A stretch of 64,000 nucleotides of DNA from an uncultured candidate division Zixibacteria bacterium (GTDB taxonomy: Bacteria > Zixibacteria > MSB-5A5 > UBA10806): assembly GCA_963817915.1 (NCBI GenBank), contig CAWFQL010000003.1, positions 57,414 through 121,413 of the forward strand, written 5' to 3'. Below are positions 18,262 to 27,710 of this stretch, piece after piece. The position numbers were made by a program, and so were the translations under genes. The notes beneath the pieces were generated by a model. It was not told where the DNA came from. It made no database searches and was given only the letters and a program-made list of their open reading frames with translations. The stretch's first letter is position 1. Each line of letters opens with the position of its first letter.

Positions 18262-18885
18262 CTATTTCCGAATCAGCTTTCTAATATCGTCCTGATCGCC
18301 AACCAAAAACGTATGCGGTGTCTTTATCGCTGAATTCAAAAAATGATCATCGCTTTTGAGCTCTTCCCGAAATTCATCGATCGGCAAAATGGTTGGATTG
18401 ATTGTACGGCCCAATAGCTCCTCAGCCTTGCCCACCGCGCTGGCGAATTCGCTGAATTTCAATTTGCCGATAATCGTCAGATCGATATCCTTATGATCCG
18501 TTTCTTCGTCATAGGATGGCAGGCCATCGATATACGCGATCTTGATTTTCTGCTTCATCGGTTTCAACGCCGACTTCAAAATCTCCGCCACACCGAATGT
18601 CTTATACACGATGCCGCGAAGCTCCTTGTAAATCGGGTTGCCCGCGTTGACCGAATAGAATGTCTGCCGCCCGCGGACCTCGGCATTGAGTACTCCGGTC
18701 GAGACCAGCGATTTCAATTCTCTCTGAATCGCTCCCTGACGGGTTCCTGTCGCCCTGGCAACTTCCGAGAAGTAATAATGTTTGTCGCTATTGAGGAAGA
18801 ATAACGACATCACTTTTTTCCTTGTACTGCCGAATAATGATTCAATCATAGCTTGCCTCATAGTCAAATGCCGCTTTAATATCAT
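18262..18885 (-). CDS. Winged-helix (ArsR-like HTH) DNA-binding protein with an uncharacterised C-terminal domain
   Basis: 207 aa. N-terminal HTH pattern FSEVARATGTRQGAIQRELKSLVSTGVL. The C-terminal ~100 aa has no confident assignment. Confidence 0.4.
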   Translation of the reverse strand: MILKRHLTMRQAMIESLFGSTRKKVMSLFFLNSDKHYYFSEVARATGTRQGAIQRELKSLVSTGVLNAEVRGRQTFYSVNAGNPIYKELRGIVYKTFGVAEILKSALKPMKQKIKIAYIDGLPSYDEETDHKDIDLTIIGKLKFSEFASAVGKAEELLGRTINPTILPIDEFREELKSDDHFLNSAIKTPHTFLVGDQDDIRKLIRK

Positions 18886-18944
18886 GCTTACCCATTTCGG
18901 GTATTTTTATACCCAATTTAGGTATTTCCGTCAAGCAGAAGATT

Positions 18945-19355
18945 GCACCTTATTCTGATGTAGTCGTAGGGCGGAACCCCCGTGGTTCCGCCATTCCGAG
19001 TGCGGTCGGGTCTCCGCACCCGACCGAAAACCCCGATATCACCGTAGGGGTTTGATTCATCAAACCCATCTTTGGAAAATCTCAAACATTTCGCAGGGGC
19101 GTTTGAAAAAACGCCCATTTGCTGGGCGGCAGGCGTCCCGCCTGCCCCTTGTATAGAAGGCAAAAAAAGAGTCCGAACCGCGGGGGTTCGGACCTACTGT
19201 AAAACCGTCATTCCGCATCCGTCGGTCGCCGGACTGCAAGGCAGCACCGATGTGGAATCCGCGCGCTCCTAATCGTAGGGCGGAACTCCTGAGTTCCGCC
19301 TATTTGTTTTAGGCAAAAAAAGAGTCCGAACCGCTGGGGTTCGGACCTACCGTAT
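18945..19355. repeat. Dense BIME-like cluster of about 9 GTAG-type palindromic units
   Basis: Units in order: gtagggcggaac-ccccgtgg-ttccgcc. gtcgggtctccgcacccgac. gtaggggtttgattcatcaaaccc. ggggcgtttgaaaaaacgccc. ggcggcaggcgtcccgcctgcccc. gtccgaaccgcgggggttcggacctac. cattccgcatccg...gatgtggaatc. gtagggcggaactcctgagttccgcc. gtccgaaccgctggggttcggacctac. Confidence 0.75.
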
Positions 19356-19381
19356 CGAATGAGTAAATTGGGGGCATGATA

Positions 19382-21637
19382 TCAACTGTCAAATCTCTGC
19401 TTAATGTATTCCTGTGTCTGCTTCGCTGTTAGTTCTGTAGTGGAGGGGCCGGTTCGAATGTAAAACCTTTCAATATCTCCGTCTTTTACAAACTCTGCCT
19501 TAGTCGCCCTACCGCATTTAATGATCATCACTCTGCTATCATCGTAATCTTCAAAGTGAACATGAATTTGGGTCATAGCCAGTGGCCCTATTCTGCTCTT
19601 GACTATATTAACTAAATGCAAGCTCATCTTATCTTCATCGGGGAATCCATCCGCTTTAATATCCGCCGAACCGCCATCATCGTGCACACCAATAATCAAA
19701 GTGCCCCCGTTTGTATTGAGGAATCCTGCGATTGTCTTTAGCATTGATAGTTCAATCCGCTGGTCAGGGCTCCCAGTATGCAGATTTGTTCTTAAGGTCG
19801 CCTTGAATTCGACAGCTTCGGATTCGCCGTTTTCTATTATTTGGCTCAAATCTAGTTCTTTTAATTTAGTGTCCAGGTTTATATCTGCGACTAGTGTTTC
19901 ATACCCTTCACGAATAATTTCAGCCATCAGTTCGCGTCTTTTGACCAGGAAATCATTATATTCTAAGTGTTCCCAGTTTTCGGGTAGCGCGTGCCAATGA
20001 TACATTTCAGATAGTTCATTGTGACCAAATCTAGAATTGAATTCGGCTAAATATTCGGCGGGTGGTTGTATAGAAATTTTTGCATTATCACCCCATTCTA
20101 CGTAGGAGTAATTTGCAATTTGATTGGTTTCTCGAATACCCTTAATATTGATTTCCTTTAGATATTCCTTCGGAAATAGATGATGTCTTTCGACTGCTGA
20201 ACGATTTCCTTGCATTGCCGGGTCAAACAAATCAGCTACTTTGATTTTTGAAAATAACGCTCGAGCGTCTAGAAGTACAAGTGCGGCTTCAAAAGCAAAC
20301 AATGAGGGGCTTCGTGAAGAGGATGTAGCCAAATCGTTTGGCAAAGTGACAATCCAGTAGTCAGATGTTAGAGTAATTTCGCAAATGCTTTCAAGTATCC
20401 GGATGAACTGATCGCCCTCTTTTATTTCCCTGAACCGCGCAAGATCAAACTCCATAGCTGATTCCGGAGAGCCAGTGAACCGGCCGGTGACGCTGGACAT
20501 AAAGAACCAGCGGGCAATAACTCGCCGAAGCTTGAATTCATTTATGCAGTATTCCGTGCGGCCGATCAAGTAAAGAATGTATGAGAATAATAAGTTGTTT
20601 TGGGAACTGATCATCTTACCGCTTCTGAAACCGGCCTGCCTGATACAATTCATGAAATCATGCCAATACTGCAAGTTCAGAACACGACTTTGGGCTTTCT
20701 TTAGAACGTCAAATTGCGCATTCCTTCGCTCTTCGCTAAATTGCTCAGTCTCAAGGTCCTTACCCCGAAGGATAGAATATACATATTGTAGGCGGGCTCG
20801 CTTAAACGCAACTCCGACACTAACTCGGAGGAGCTGATCAGGGCCTGGTTCTATAAAATAGTTGAACGGAGAAGCATCAACCTTTGAGGGTCGCTTGGAA
20901 GCCAGACAAAACTTCTCAAGTTCCTTGCGCCCATCGTCCCAAAATACAGACATTAGAGTCAGAATAAAGTCCGCCTGGTTCAGAGGCGTTCCTTTACTAT
21001 TGATGCGCACAAAGACATCTGAAACATTTTCTTCAGAGATGTTCGGAGCCAATTCAAGAGCGGTGAAAGGAAAGCTCAAAAGTCCATTAAGTTTGGTGAT
21101 AGTCCTCTGAATTCTCCTTTTCTCGTCATCTTCGATTTCTCTGGATTCACTCAATCCAGCTAGGTATTTTTCGACTACTTCAAAGAGATCCGTTTTTTTG
21201 TTCCATAATAAAGAGATATCAGGTATAAATGTTTTATCGCGACGTATCGCGGCGTCGGCAACCTCAAACTTTTCTTCAAGCGGATTGAAGGCTATATATA
21301 TTTGTTCCTTTTCATAATTCTCTCTTATTACAGGAATGCCTTTTACAACAGCATAAAGCGAAGTCAGCCGCTGCTGACCATCAACTATGACAAGGCGTGG
21401 CGATTTTTGTTTATTCTCAGCTCCAATAGTGCGCGAGTCTGCCGCCAAACCGTTTTGCCAAAACAAAAAATATCCCACTGGATACCCTCGATACATCGAA
21501 TCGAAAAGATCCCTAATTTTGGCGTTCTTCCAGACAAACGGTCGCTGAATATCAGGTAAACCAATTTCGCCGAGGGCTATATATTCCATTAGCTTGGATA
21601 AGTCGTAGTCGACCTTTGCGAATAGGGTATCACTCAT
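19382..21637 (-). CDS. GmrSD-like type IV restriction protein (DUF262 + DUF1524) fused to a C-terminal AlbA_2/Schlafen-like domain
   Basis: 751 aa. N-terminal DUF262/ParB-like motif LVIVDGQQRLTSL. Middle His-Me/HNH-like DUF1524 motif (ERHHLFPKEYLK). C-terminal ~150 aa has GESEAVEFKATL...KTIAGFLNTNGGTLIIGVHDDG, a close match to the AlbA_2 (Schlafen-type) signature. GC is visibly lower than in neighbouring genes. Confidence 0.7.
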   Translation of the reverse strand: MSDTLFAKVDYDLSKLMEYIALGEIGLPDIQRPFVWKNAKIRDLFDSMYRGYPVGYFLFWQNGLAADSRTIGAENKQKSPRLVIVDGQQRLTSLYAVVKGIPVIRENYEKEQIYIAFNPLEEKFEVADAAIRRDKTFIPDISLLWNKKTDLFEVVEKYLAGLSESREIEDDEKRRIQRTITKLNGLLSFPFTALELAPNISEENVSDVFVRINSKGTPLNQADFILTLMSVFWDDGRKELEKFCLASKRPSKVDASPFNYFIEPGPDQLLRVSVGVAFKRARLQYVYSILRGKDLETEQFSEERRNAQFDVLKKAQSRVLNLQYWHDFMNCIRQAGFRSGKMISSQNNLLFSYILYLIGRTEYCINEFKLRRVIARWFFMSSVTGRFTGSPESAMEFDLARFREIKEGDQFIRILESICEITLTSDYWIVTLPNDLATSSSRSPSLFAFEAALVLLDARALFSKIKVADLFDPAMQGNRSAVERHHLFPKEYLKEINIKGIRETNQIANYSYVEWGDNAKISIQPPAEYLAEFNSRFGHNELSEMYHWHALPENWEHLEYNDFLVKRRELMAEIIREGYETLVADINLDTKLKELDLSQIIENGESEAVEFKATLRTNLHTGSPDQRIELSMLKTIAGFLNTNGGTLIIGVHDDGGSADIKADGFPDEDKMSLHLVNIVKSRIGPLAMTQIHVHFEDYDDSRVMIIKCGRATKAEFVKDGDIERFYIRTGPSTTELTAKQTQEYIKQRFDS

Positions 21638-21884
21638 TTTGTTATCTCCCCAGTTTCCATTAGGCTTGGTTAATTATTTCCAAAGTGTTATCAACCTTAT
21701 TAAAGGATTAGGCCGCATCCTTCACTTAAGAAGGTCGCTTCCTATTTGTTACTCCATCCCTCTTTCCCATAATAATAGACCTCTTCCCCCAAATTGTCAA
21801 TATATTCCAAAAACTCAAACGGCCGGAATCGCTTCCGGCCGTCGGAGAATGAAATGTCGCTGTTGTTATGTTATTGATTCTTGT

Positions 21885-22075
21885 GTTGTCGGGCCGCCCA
21901 ACCCGACGCCACTAATATGTCATGTCTTTAATTTTTTCCTGCGAGTCACAGTCTATCCGCCAGTGGCGGAGCTTGCCGTGACTGCATCCAATTTTGGTTT
22001 GCGATCAGGGTAAACCCTGACGCGCAGCAATTCCATTTTTTCGTAGAGACGCAAAATCTTGCGTCTCTACATAGT
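21885..22075. repeat. Palindromic repeats flanking the right side of the defence gene
   Basis: gtcgggccgcccaacccgac (variant of the 20-bp palindrome). A gtcacag...cgtgactgc inverted repeat. A perfect GTAG hairpin gtagagacgcaaaatcttgcgtctctac at 22046-22073. Confidence 0.6.
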
Positions 22076-22081
22076 GAATTA

Positions 22082-22606
22082 TCAGGATATAGAGCTGAGC
22101 GTCTTCTCGCCCGGTTTCCATTCCACCTGGCAGAGCTCGCCGGTCTGTAATGCCGCCAACGATCTGAGCGTCTCGCTCACCGAACGGCCGGTGTCGATAT
22201 CGGATACCACCATCCAGCGCAGTACGCCTTCTGGATCGATAATAAATGTGCCGCGTAGCGCCTTGCCGTCGTCCATCAAAATATTATAATTGTCCGATAC
22301 CTTCTTCGATAAATCCGAAAGCAATGGATAGTTGATTTGGCCGAGATCGCCATTGATCCAGGCCTGATGAGAATATACCGAATCCACCGACGCGCCCAAT
22401 ACTACCGCGTTGAGCCTTTCGAAATCGCCATGCCGACGAGAAAATTCACGAATCTCGGTCGGGCATACGAATGTGAAATCGAGCGGATAAAAGAATAATG
22501 TTACCCATTTTCCGCGATAATCCGATAAACTGAATTCGCTGAATTCCCCATTGTGAATACCCTGAAGCTTGAAATCCGGCGCTTTTTGTCCTACCTTGAG
22601 ACTCAT
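22082..22606 (-). CDS. Typical 2-Cys peroxiredoxin (AhpC/Prx1 family)
   Basis: 174 aa. Peroxidatic Cys in FTFVCPTEI and resolving Cys in GELCQVEWKPGEKTL. Confidence 0.8.
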   Translation of the reverse strand: MSLKVGQKAPDFKLQGIHNGEFSEFSLSDYRGKWVTLFFYPLDFTFVCPTEIREFSRRHGDFERLNAVVLGASVDSVYSHQAWINGDLGQINYPLLSDLSKKVSDNYNILMDDGKALRGTFIIDPEGVLRWMVVSDIDTGRSVSETLRSLAALQTGELCQVEWKPGEKTLSSIS

Positions 22607-23049
22607 TTGTCCTCCAAATTGCTATTTTGACATTGTTTACATATACCCATTAATTGTAATGATCCTTCTAAAATCGTATATCCCTCCATCGCCATGTCGG
22701 GCATCAATGATCTGACATCCCGTGGCAATCCGATATCATAAATCCTGTTGCAATTGACACAAATGAAATGCGCGTGCGGCTCGGTGTTGCCATCGTATCG
22801 GTATGTGTTTGAAACCGGATTCACCTTGCGCGCAAATCCAACCTTTTCTAAAAACTCGAGATTTTTATAGACAGTCGCCAACGACACTGTGGGATAATAT
22901 TCCTTCATGGTGTTATAAATATCCTCAGGCGACGGATGAGCCTTAGACCCCCGAAGCAATCCTAACACGGCTAACCTTTGCTCTGTCAACTGGATACCAT
23001 TCTCTTTGCAGTAGTGAATAAAATCGTCAATTCTTGAATCTTTTACCAT
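22603..23049 (-). CDS. Fur-family metalloregulator, PerR-like by context
   Basis: 148 aa. HAHFICVNCNRIYD and a C-terminal CKQC metal site. Its stop overlaps the peroxiredoxin start (ATGA), so it forms an operon with the peroxiredoxin. Confidence 0.75.
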   Translation of the reverse strand: MVKDSRIDDFIHYCKENGIQLTEQRLAVLGLLRGSKAHPSPEDIYNTMKEYYPTVSLATVYKNLEFLEKVGFARKVNPVSNTYRYDGNTEPHAHFICVNCNRIYDIGLPRDVRSLMPDMAMEGYTILEGSLQLMGICKQCQNSNLEDK

Positions 23050-23132
23050 CGTTCCTCCAATACATATTCCTGAACGATAATAATTATTGAATAGTTTCTG
23101 TTATTATAGAATTTTTTTGAAATTGATTAAAA

Positions 23133-23501
23133 TTATGCGATTGCTTTGGACTTGAAAAGCTGGATTAATTCCCTGATGTGATTCATAAGGCAATTAGCGC
23201 CGCAAGGTTCAAGGTTGGAGATATTAAGGCAATGGCCCTTGCAGCCTTCTTTTCCTCTATTCAATTCATGATAAATTGGACCATGGTACAGATCGATAAA
23301 ATTGATCACCTCTATGGCCATTGTCGTGCCGCAACCGGAGGAAATATGATTAAACAAAAAGAGGCCTTCTTCAGGAATATAAAAATCGGGTTGGAATCCT
23401 ATTATCGCGACCTCGGGCGAGATGATAAATTCTCGTCTATTCGTCCAGGATTGCCTGCAATAAGTACAAACTTTGAAAGGTGCCGCGACTAAAGCTTCCA
23501 T
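23133..23501 (-). CDS. Hypothetical Cys-rich protein (122 aa)
   Basis: ORF only. Motifs CTYC, SSGCG, CKGHC and CGANC. It is co-directional with perR-prx and 83 bp upstream of it. An overlapping plus-strand ORF (23178-23492) makes the strand assignment uncertain. Confidence 0.3.
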   Translation of the reverse strand: MEALVAAPFKVCTYCRQSWTNRREFIISPEVAIIGFQPDFYIPEEGLFLFNHISSGCGTTMAIEVINFIDLYHGPIYHELNRGKEGCKGHCLNISNLEPCGANCLMNHIRELIQLFKSKAIA

Positions 23502-23512
23502 CGATTACTTTC

Positions 23513-24373
23513 CTATATATTCAGGACGCTTTTCCAGGTGGATTTGGCCAATTTCTGAAATTCGGAATCATCCGGATCTTCTTCCCTGATAAACGGCGCG
23601 ATTGTCTTAAAGAAATGCGCTTTATCAAGCGAAAGCTCCGGTACCACTCGCTCGGAATTAATTAATGCCGCCTGCTCCAGATCATGCTCCATTCCAAGCT
23701 GAGAGAGATAATATCCATGCGATGATTCTTTAAGCATCAATAATATATCCCGATGATAGCTGTCGAAAAGATACTTGGCGGTCCGTGACGCGTCGTTGAC
23801 AGCCAATTCTGTTTTTGATCTTTTGAGGATTTCATTTATAAACATGCCGGCGCAAACCGAATCTTCAAGCGCGAATCTTCCCATCTTCCCGGAGCATATC
23901 AATACGATCCTCCCATGGAGTTCGATCGAATCGAGCACGGCACTGATATTGTTGAATGATCCAATCAGCGCGCGCGCGGCTTCCATTGATGCCAACAATG
24001 CCTTCGAGCAATTGGTTGACGAATATATCAACTCTTTTCCACGAACAATATCGGGCGCATATTCCGATGGTGAATTGCCGAGCTGAAATCCTTCGACACG
24101 TAAACCGTTTCGTTCGCCGCAGAGCAGATACTCATCTGGATGAAGCTTCGCGGCCTTCTGCTTTGCCGCCTCGATTTCGGCTACAGGCATAATTTTAAGG
24201 GCGCCGTTTTTGAGCGCCCTTATTAACGTTGTCGATCCTCTGAGGACATCGATTACAATCGCGGTCGTGTCCCGCAATTCGAGTCCCACAAGTTCCGCCG
24301 GAGTAAACGCGGTGATTATTTCTAAATCGCCCGAATGACTATTCATGCTTATATATATCGGACGCTTTGACAA
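23513..24373 (-). CDS. 2-phosphosulfolactate phosphatase (ComB) family protein
   Basis: 286 aa. TTAIVIDVLRGSTTLIRAL and the overall pattern match the ComB family. Confidence 0.55.
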   Translation of the reverse strand: MSKRPIYISMNSHSGDLEIITAFTPAELVGLELRDTTAIVIDVLRGSTTLIRALKNGALKIMPVAEIEAAKQKAAKLHPDEYLLCGERNGLRVEGFQLGNSPSEYAPDIVRGKELIYSSTNCSKALLASMEAARALIGSFNNISAVLDSIELHGRIVLICSGKMGRFALEDSVCAGMFINEILKRSKTELAVNDASRTAKYLFDSYHRDILLMLKESSHGYYLSQLGMEHDLEQAALINSERVVPELSLDKAHFFKTIAPFIREEDPDDSEFQKLAKSTWKSVLNI

Positions 24374-24388
24374 TCTTTTGATGTCAAA

Positions 24389-25483
24389 TCATCGATGGCT
24401 GCCCTTTTTGTAGAATGGCGCCTTGACTACCTCCGCGATCGCGACCTTACCCCTGATATCAATGCCGATTTCATTGCCTATTTTCGAATATTCCGATGGC
24501 ACGTATCCGGCGCCGATACCTTTGTCAAGCATGGGCGAGAATGTGCCCGATGTCACTTCGCCGACTTTTTTGTCGCCTATTACGATTGGATGATGCTGTC
24601 TTGGAAATCCCTTTTCCTTCAATTCGAATGCCACCAATTTTCGGCTTGTGCCCTGTTCTTTGGCCTTGAGCAATGGGGCACGTCCAACGAAATCACCCTT
24701 ATCGAATTTTACTACCCATCCCAGACCGGCTTCAATCGGGTTAGTGGTTTTGTCGATATCATTGCCGTAAAGGGCATATTTCATTTCGAGGCGTAGCGTA
24801 TCTCTGGCGCCCAAACCGATCGGTTCGACATCGAATTCCTTGGCGGCATCGGCGGTGGCATTCCACATTTTTTCAGCATGCTTGGGAGCGAAATAAAGCT
24901 CGAAGCCATCCTCGCCCGTGTAGCCGGTGCGTGAAAATAGCATCTCGACTCCGGCAATCCGCGCAGTGCCAGACCAATAGTACTTCATCGATGCCAAATC
25001 GTAATCGGTTAGTTTTGTCATTACTTTTTCGGCATCGGGGCCCTGAATGGCGAGCAGGGCATTCTCGTCGGAAAGATTCTCGAGTTTGATGTCATCGCTT
25101 TTCTTTAGCGATTGAAAATAGGCGAAGTCCTTGTCGATATTGGAAGCGTTAACAACCAAAAAGAAGATATCGCCGAGATTGTAAACCAAGAGATCATCGA
25201 CAATACCGCCATCGGGGTAGCACAGGCAAGTGTACATCACCTGGCCGACCTCGAGCTTATCGACATCATTGGTAACACAACGCTGGATAAATTGTTTGGC
25301 GCCATGCCCGGACACGGTGAATTCACCCATGTGCGAAAGATCGAAAAGCCCTACGGAATTGCGCACTTTCTTGTGCTCTTCGGTTATCGAACGATACTGA
25401 ATCGGCATGTAATAGCCGGCGAACTCGACAAGCTTGCCACCAAGCTTTTGATGGATATCATAAAACGCAGTCTTTTTAATCAT
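24389..25483 (-). CDS. gcvT: Glycine cleavage system T protein (aminomethyltransferase)
   Basis: 364 aa. N-terminus TAFYDIHQKLGGKLVEFAGYYMPIQY...GLFDLSHMGEF is canonical for GcvT. Confidence 0.85.
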   Translation of the reverse strand: MIKKTAFYDIHQKLGGKLVEFAGYYMPIQYRSITEEHKKVRNSVGLFDLSHMGEFTVSGHGAKQFIQRCVTNDVDKLEVGQVMYTCLCYPDGGIVDDLLVYNLGDIFFLVVNASNIDKDFAYFQSLKKSDDIKLENLSDENALLAIQGPDAEKVMTKLTDYDLASMKYYWSGTARIAGVEMLFSRTGYTGEDGFELYFAPKHAEKMWNATADAAKEFDVEPIGLGARDTLRLEMKYALYGNDIDKTTNPIEAGLGWVVKFDKGDFVGRAPLLKAKEQGTSRKLVAFELKEKGFPRQHHPIVIGDKKVGEVTSGTFSPMLDKGIGAGYVPSEYSKIGNEIGIDIRGKVAIAEVVKAPFYKKGSHR

Positions 25484-25891
25484 TAGATTTTTTCTCCTAT
25501 AAAAATCATACTTGCACGCGAATATACATTGTTTTTCATTAGAGTTCCAGAGTGAAATTGAAAATATGGAAATTCGATTGCGATTCGAGAATAATTGCTA
25601 TTTAGCATGATCCGTATTGGCTGCCTAAGCCAGATATGCTATTTTATATAGGAAGGGGGTTTGTGAGCAGAAAATTTCTTGATTTTGACATTTATCCTTC
25701 ACAAATCCTTAAATAAGATGGCCAAACGACATTTTTGGAAAAGCTAAAATTAACATATCGTTCGATTAATAATTACACTAAAGCAATACCTATATATAAT
25801 ACAAAACGGATTAAAAAGCCATTGACATCCATTAAGGCAATATTATATTTATATGCATGCTTAGATAATAGCATTTAGAATTTTATCCCGG

Positions 25892-27532
25892 TTGACCTTT
25901 GGCGCGGGAGGATTACTGACCAAATTAGCGTTTGCCATAACTATCAGCTTAATTATTAATTTCAATGTCTTTGCCCAAGTGGATACATCCTGGGTTCGGG
26001 CATATAATCAGTTTGAAGGCGGAACAGATTGTCCAGTTGCAATTGATGTCGATAATGCCGGAAACGTATATGTGACTGGGGCTAGCCGTGCGGCTACGGG
26101 AGGCGCCAATTTTAATACAATTAAATATAATTCTAATGGAGATACTTCCTGGTTACGGTCATATGGTGGTGGTGGAAATTATGATGATAGTCCCGTGGCA
26201 TTAAAAGTTGATGCTGTGGGTAATGTATATGTGGCTGGGTTTGTCGTATATTACCCTGGAGGGTATGATTATATAATAATCAAATATCTTTCTAATGGCG
26301 ATATCGACTGGATAAGACCATACGAAAATGGAAACATCTACGGTGTTGGTCAATCACTTGTTTTGGGGGGATCTGGAAACATATATTTAACTGGATATGC
26401 AACGGAACCCCATGACAATTGGGATTTGCTGTTAATCAAATATAGGCCTGATGGTGACACTGCTTGGATCAGATCATATAATGGTCCTGCTAATGGCTAT
26501 GAGGCTGGGCAATCAATGTGCGTTGATAATAATGAAAATATAATTATCACCGGCATTATCCAAGATTCACTGACGAGATTTGCCGATATCTTAACAGTTA
26601 AATTTGATTCTTCGGGAAATCAGCTATGGGCCGCAAGGTATAATGGTGCAACGGATTTCTACGATAGCGGCAGATATATTGCGGTCGATAGAGACGGTGC
26701 AGTGTATGTCGCCGCCATTAGCCCTCAGTACAATTCCAACGATGATATCCTCTTGATAAAATATAATGCCGATGGCGATACTGTCTGGACCCGCTTATAT
26801 GATGGGTCTGCACATATGGGTGATTTTGTCACTGGTCTGGGAATAGACTATGAGGGAAATATAATTATTTCCGGACTATTCATGGACGGGTCGCACGAAG
26901 CTTATGACGGAAAGATTATCACGCTGAAATATGATTCTGAAGGAAATATTATCTGGCAGCGCATTTACGGTGAGACTCGTTTGACTTATCCTATTCCTTC
27001 AAGTATGTGTCTTGACGCTGCCGGCAATATTTATATTACCGGCAAAACAGGTCAAGGGCTGCTTGCATTAAAATATTATTCTAATGGCGATTCCGCATGG
27101 TCATGGACTTACATCCCCCACTCATATGGCGGGGCCATTGTCGTCGACGCATTTTCGAATGTTTATTTAACCGGACGCACCTCCGAGTTAGAAGGACAAT
27201 CGCATTACTTAACAATCAAGCTTGTACAAACTGCTTTGGGAACAGATGATTATACAGTTATTTCCAATATCGATTACAATCTCAATTCCAATTACCCCAA
27301 CCCCTTTAATCCATCGACTACTATCAAGTATTCTCTCTCTCAACAATCAAATATTTGTTTATCAGTCTATAATCTGCTAGGCCAAAAGGTAGCAACTTTA
27401 TTTGATGGAAGCGCAGAGGCGGGGGAATACAGTTTAATCTGGAATGCCCGCGATATGCCGTCGGGCATATACTTTGCAAGACTGACAGCCGCTGGCAAAA
27501 CAAGCAACATTAAAATGGTACTAATGAAATAG
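25892..27532 (+). CDS. T9SS-secreted beta-propeller (SBBP-repeat) protein
   Basis: 546 aa with signal peptide. Repeated GN(V/I)Y(V/L)TG / DxxGNxxWxxxY modules (SBBP-type), then the Por C-terminal sorting domain NYPNPFNPSTTIKYSL...GIYFARLTAAGKTSNIKMVLMK. The gene and its upstream spacer are AT-rich. Confidence 0.75.
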   Translation: MTFGAGGLLTKLAFAITISLIINFNVFAQVDTSWVRAYNQFEGGTDCPVAIDVDNAGNVYVTGASRAATGGANFNTIKYNSNGDTSWLRSYGGGGNYDDSPVALKVDAVGNVYVAGFVVYYPGGYDYIIIKYLSNGDIDWIRPYENGNIYGVGQSLVLGGSGNIYLTGYATEPHDNWDLLLIKYRPDGDTAWIRSYNGPANGYEAGQSMCVDNNENIIITGIIQDSLTRFADILTVKFDSSGNQLWAARYNGATDFYDSGRYIAVDRDGAVYVAAISPQYNSNDDILLIKYNADGDTVWTRLYDGSAHMGDFVTGLGIDYEGNIIISGLFMDGSHEAYDGKIITLKYDSEGNIIWQRIYGETRLTYPIPSSMCLDAAGNIYITGKTGQGLLALKYYSNGDSAWSWTYIPHSYGGAIVVDAFSNVYLTGRTSELEGQSHYLTIKLVQTALGTDDYTVISNIDYNLNSNYPNPFNPSTTIKYSLSQQSNICLSVYNLLGQKVATLFDGSAEAGEYSLIWNARDMPSGIYFARLTAAGKTSNIKMVLMK

Positions 27533-27710
27533 CATTTGGCATAATTTGCGCTATTGTTTGCCCAACCCGAAAAATTGTACTTATCAATTAGAAAATCTTC
27601 GGCGTGTTTTTATATCTAGTCATGATTAGCCCAATATATTAGAGCGTTTCCACTCATTGTTTAATGCATAATAAAATTCCGCGGTTAATATCCCTTGACA
27701 TCTCATCATA

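Noticed and set aside
23178-23492. 104-aa plus-strand ORF
   Set aside because: It overlaps the minus-strand Cys-rich ORF 23133-23501, which is co-directional with the perR-prx operon. Neither has homology support, so the minus-strand one is listed at low confidence.
25484-25700. Glycine riboswitch upstream of gcvT
   Set aside because: I inspected the minus-strand leader for the tandem GGAGAG…CACCGAAGGGGCAA aptamer signature and could not recognise it. Not claimed.
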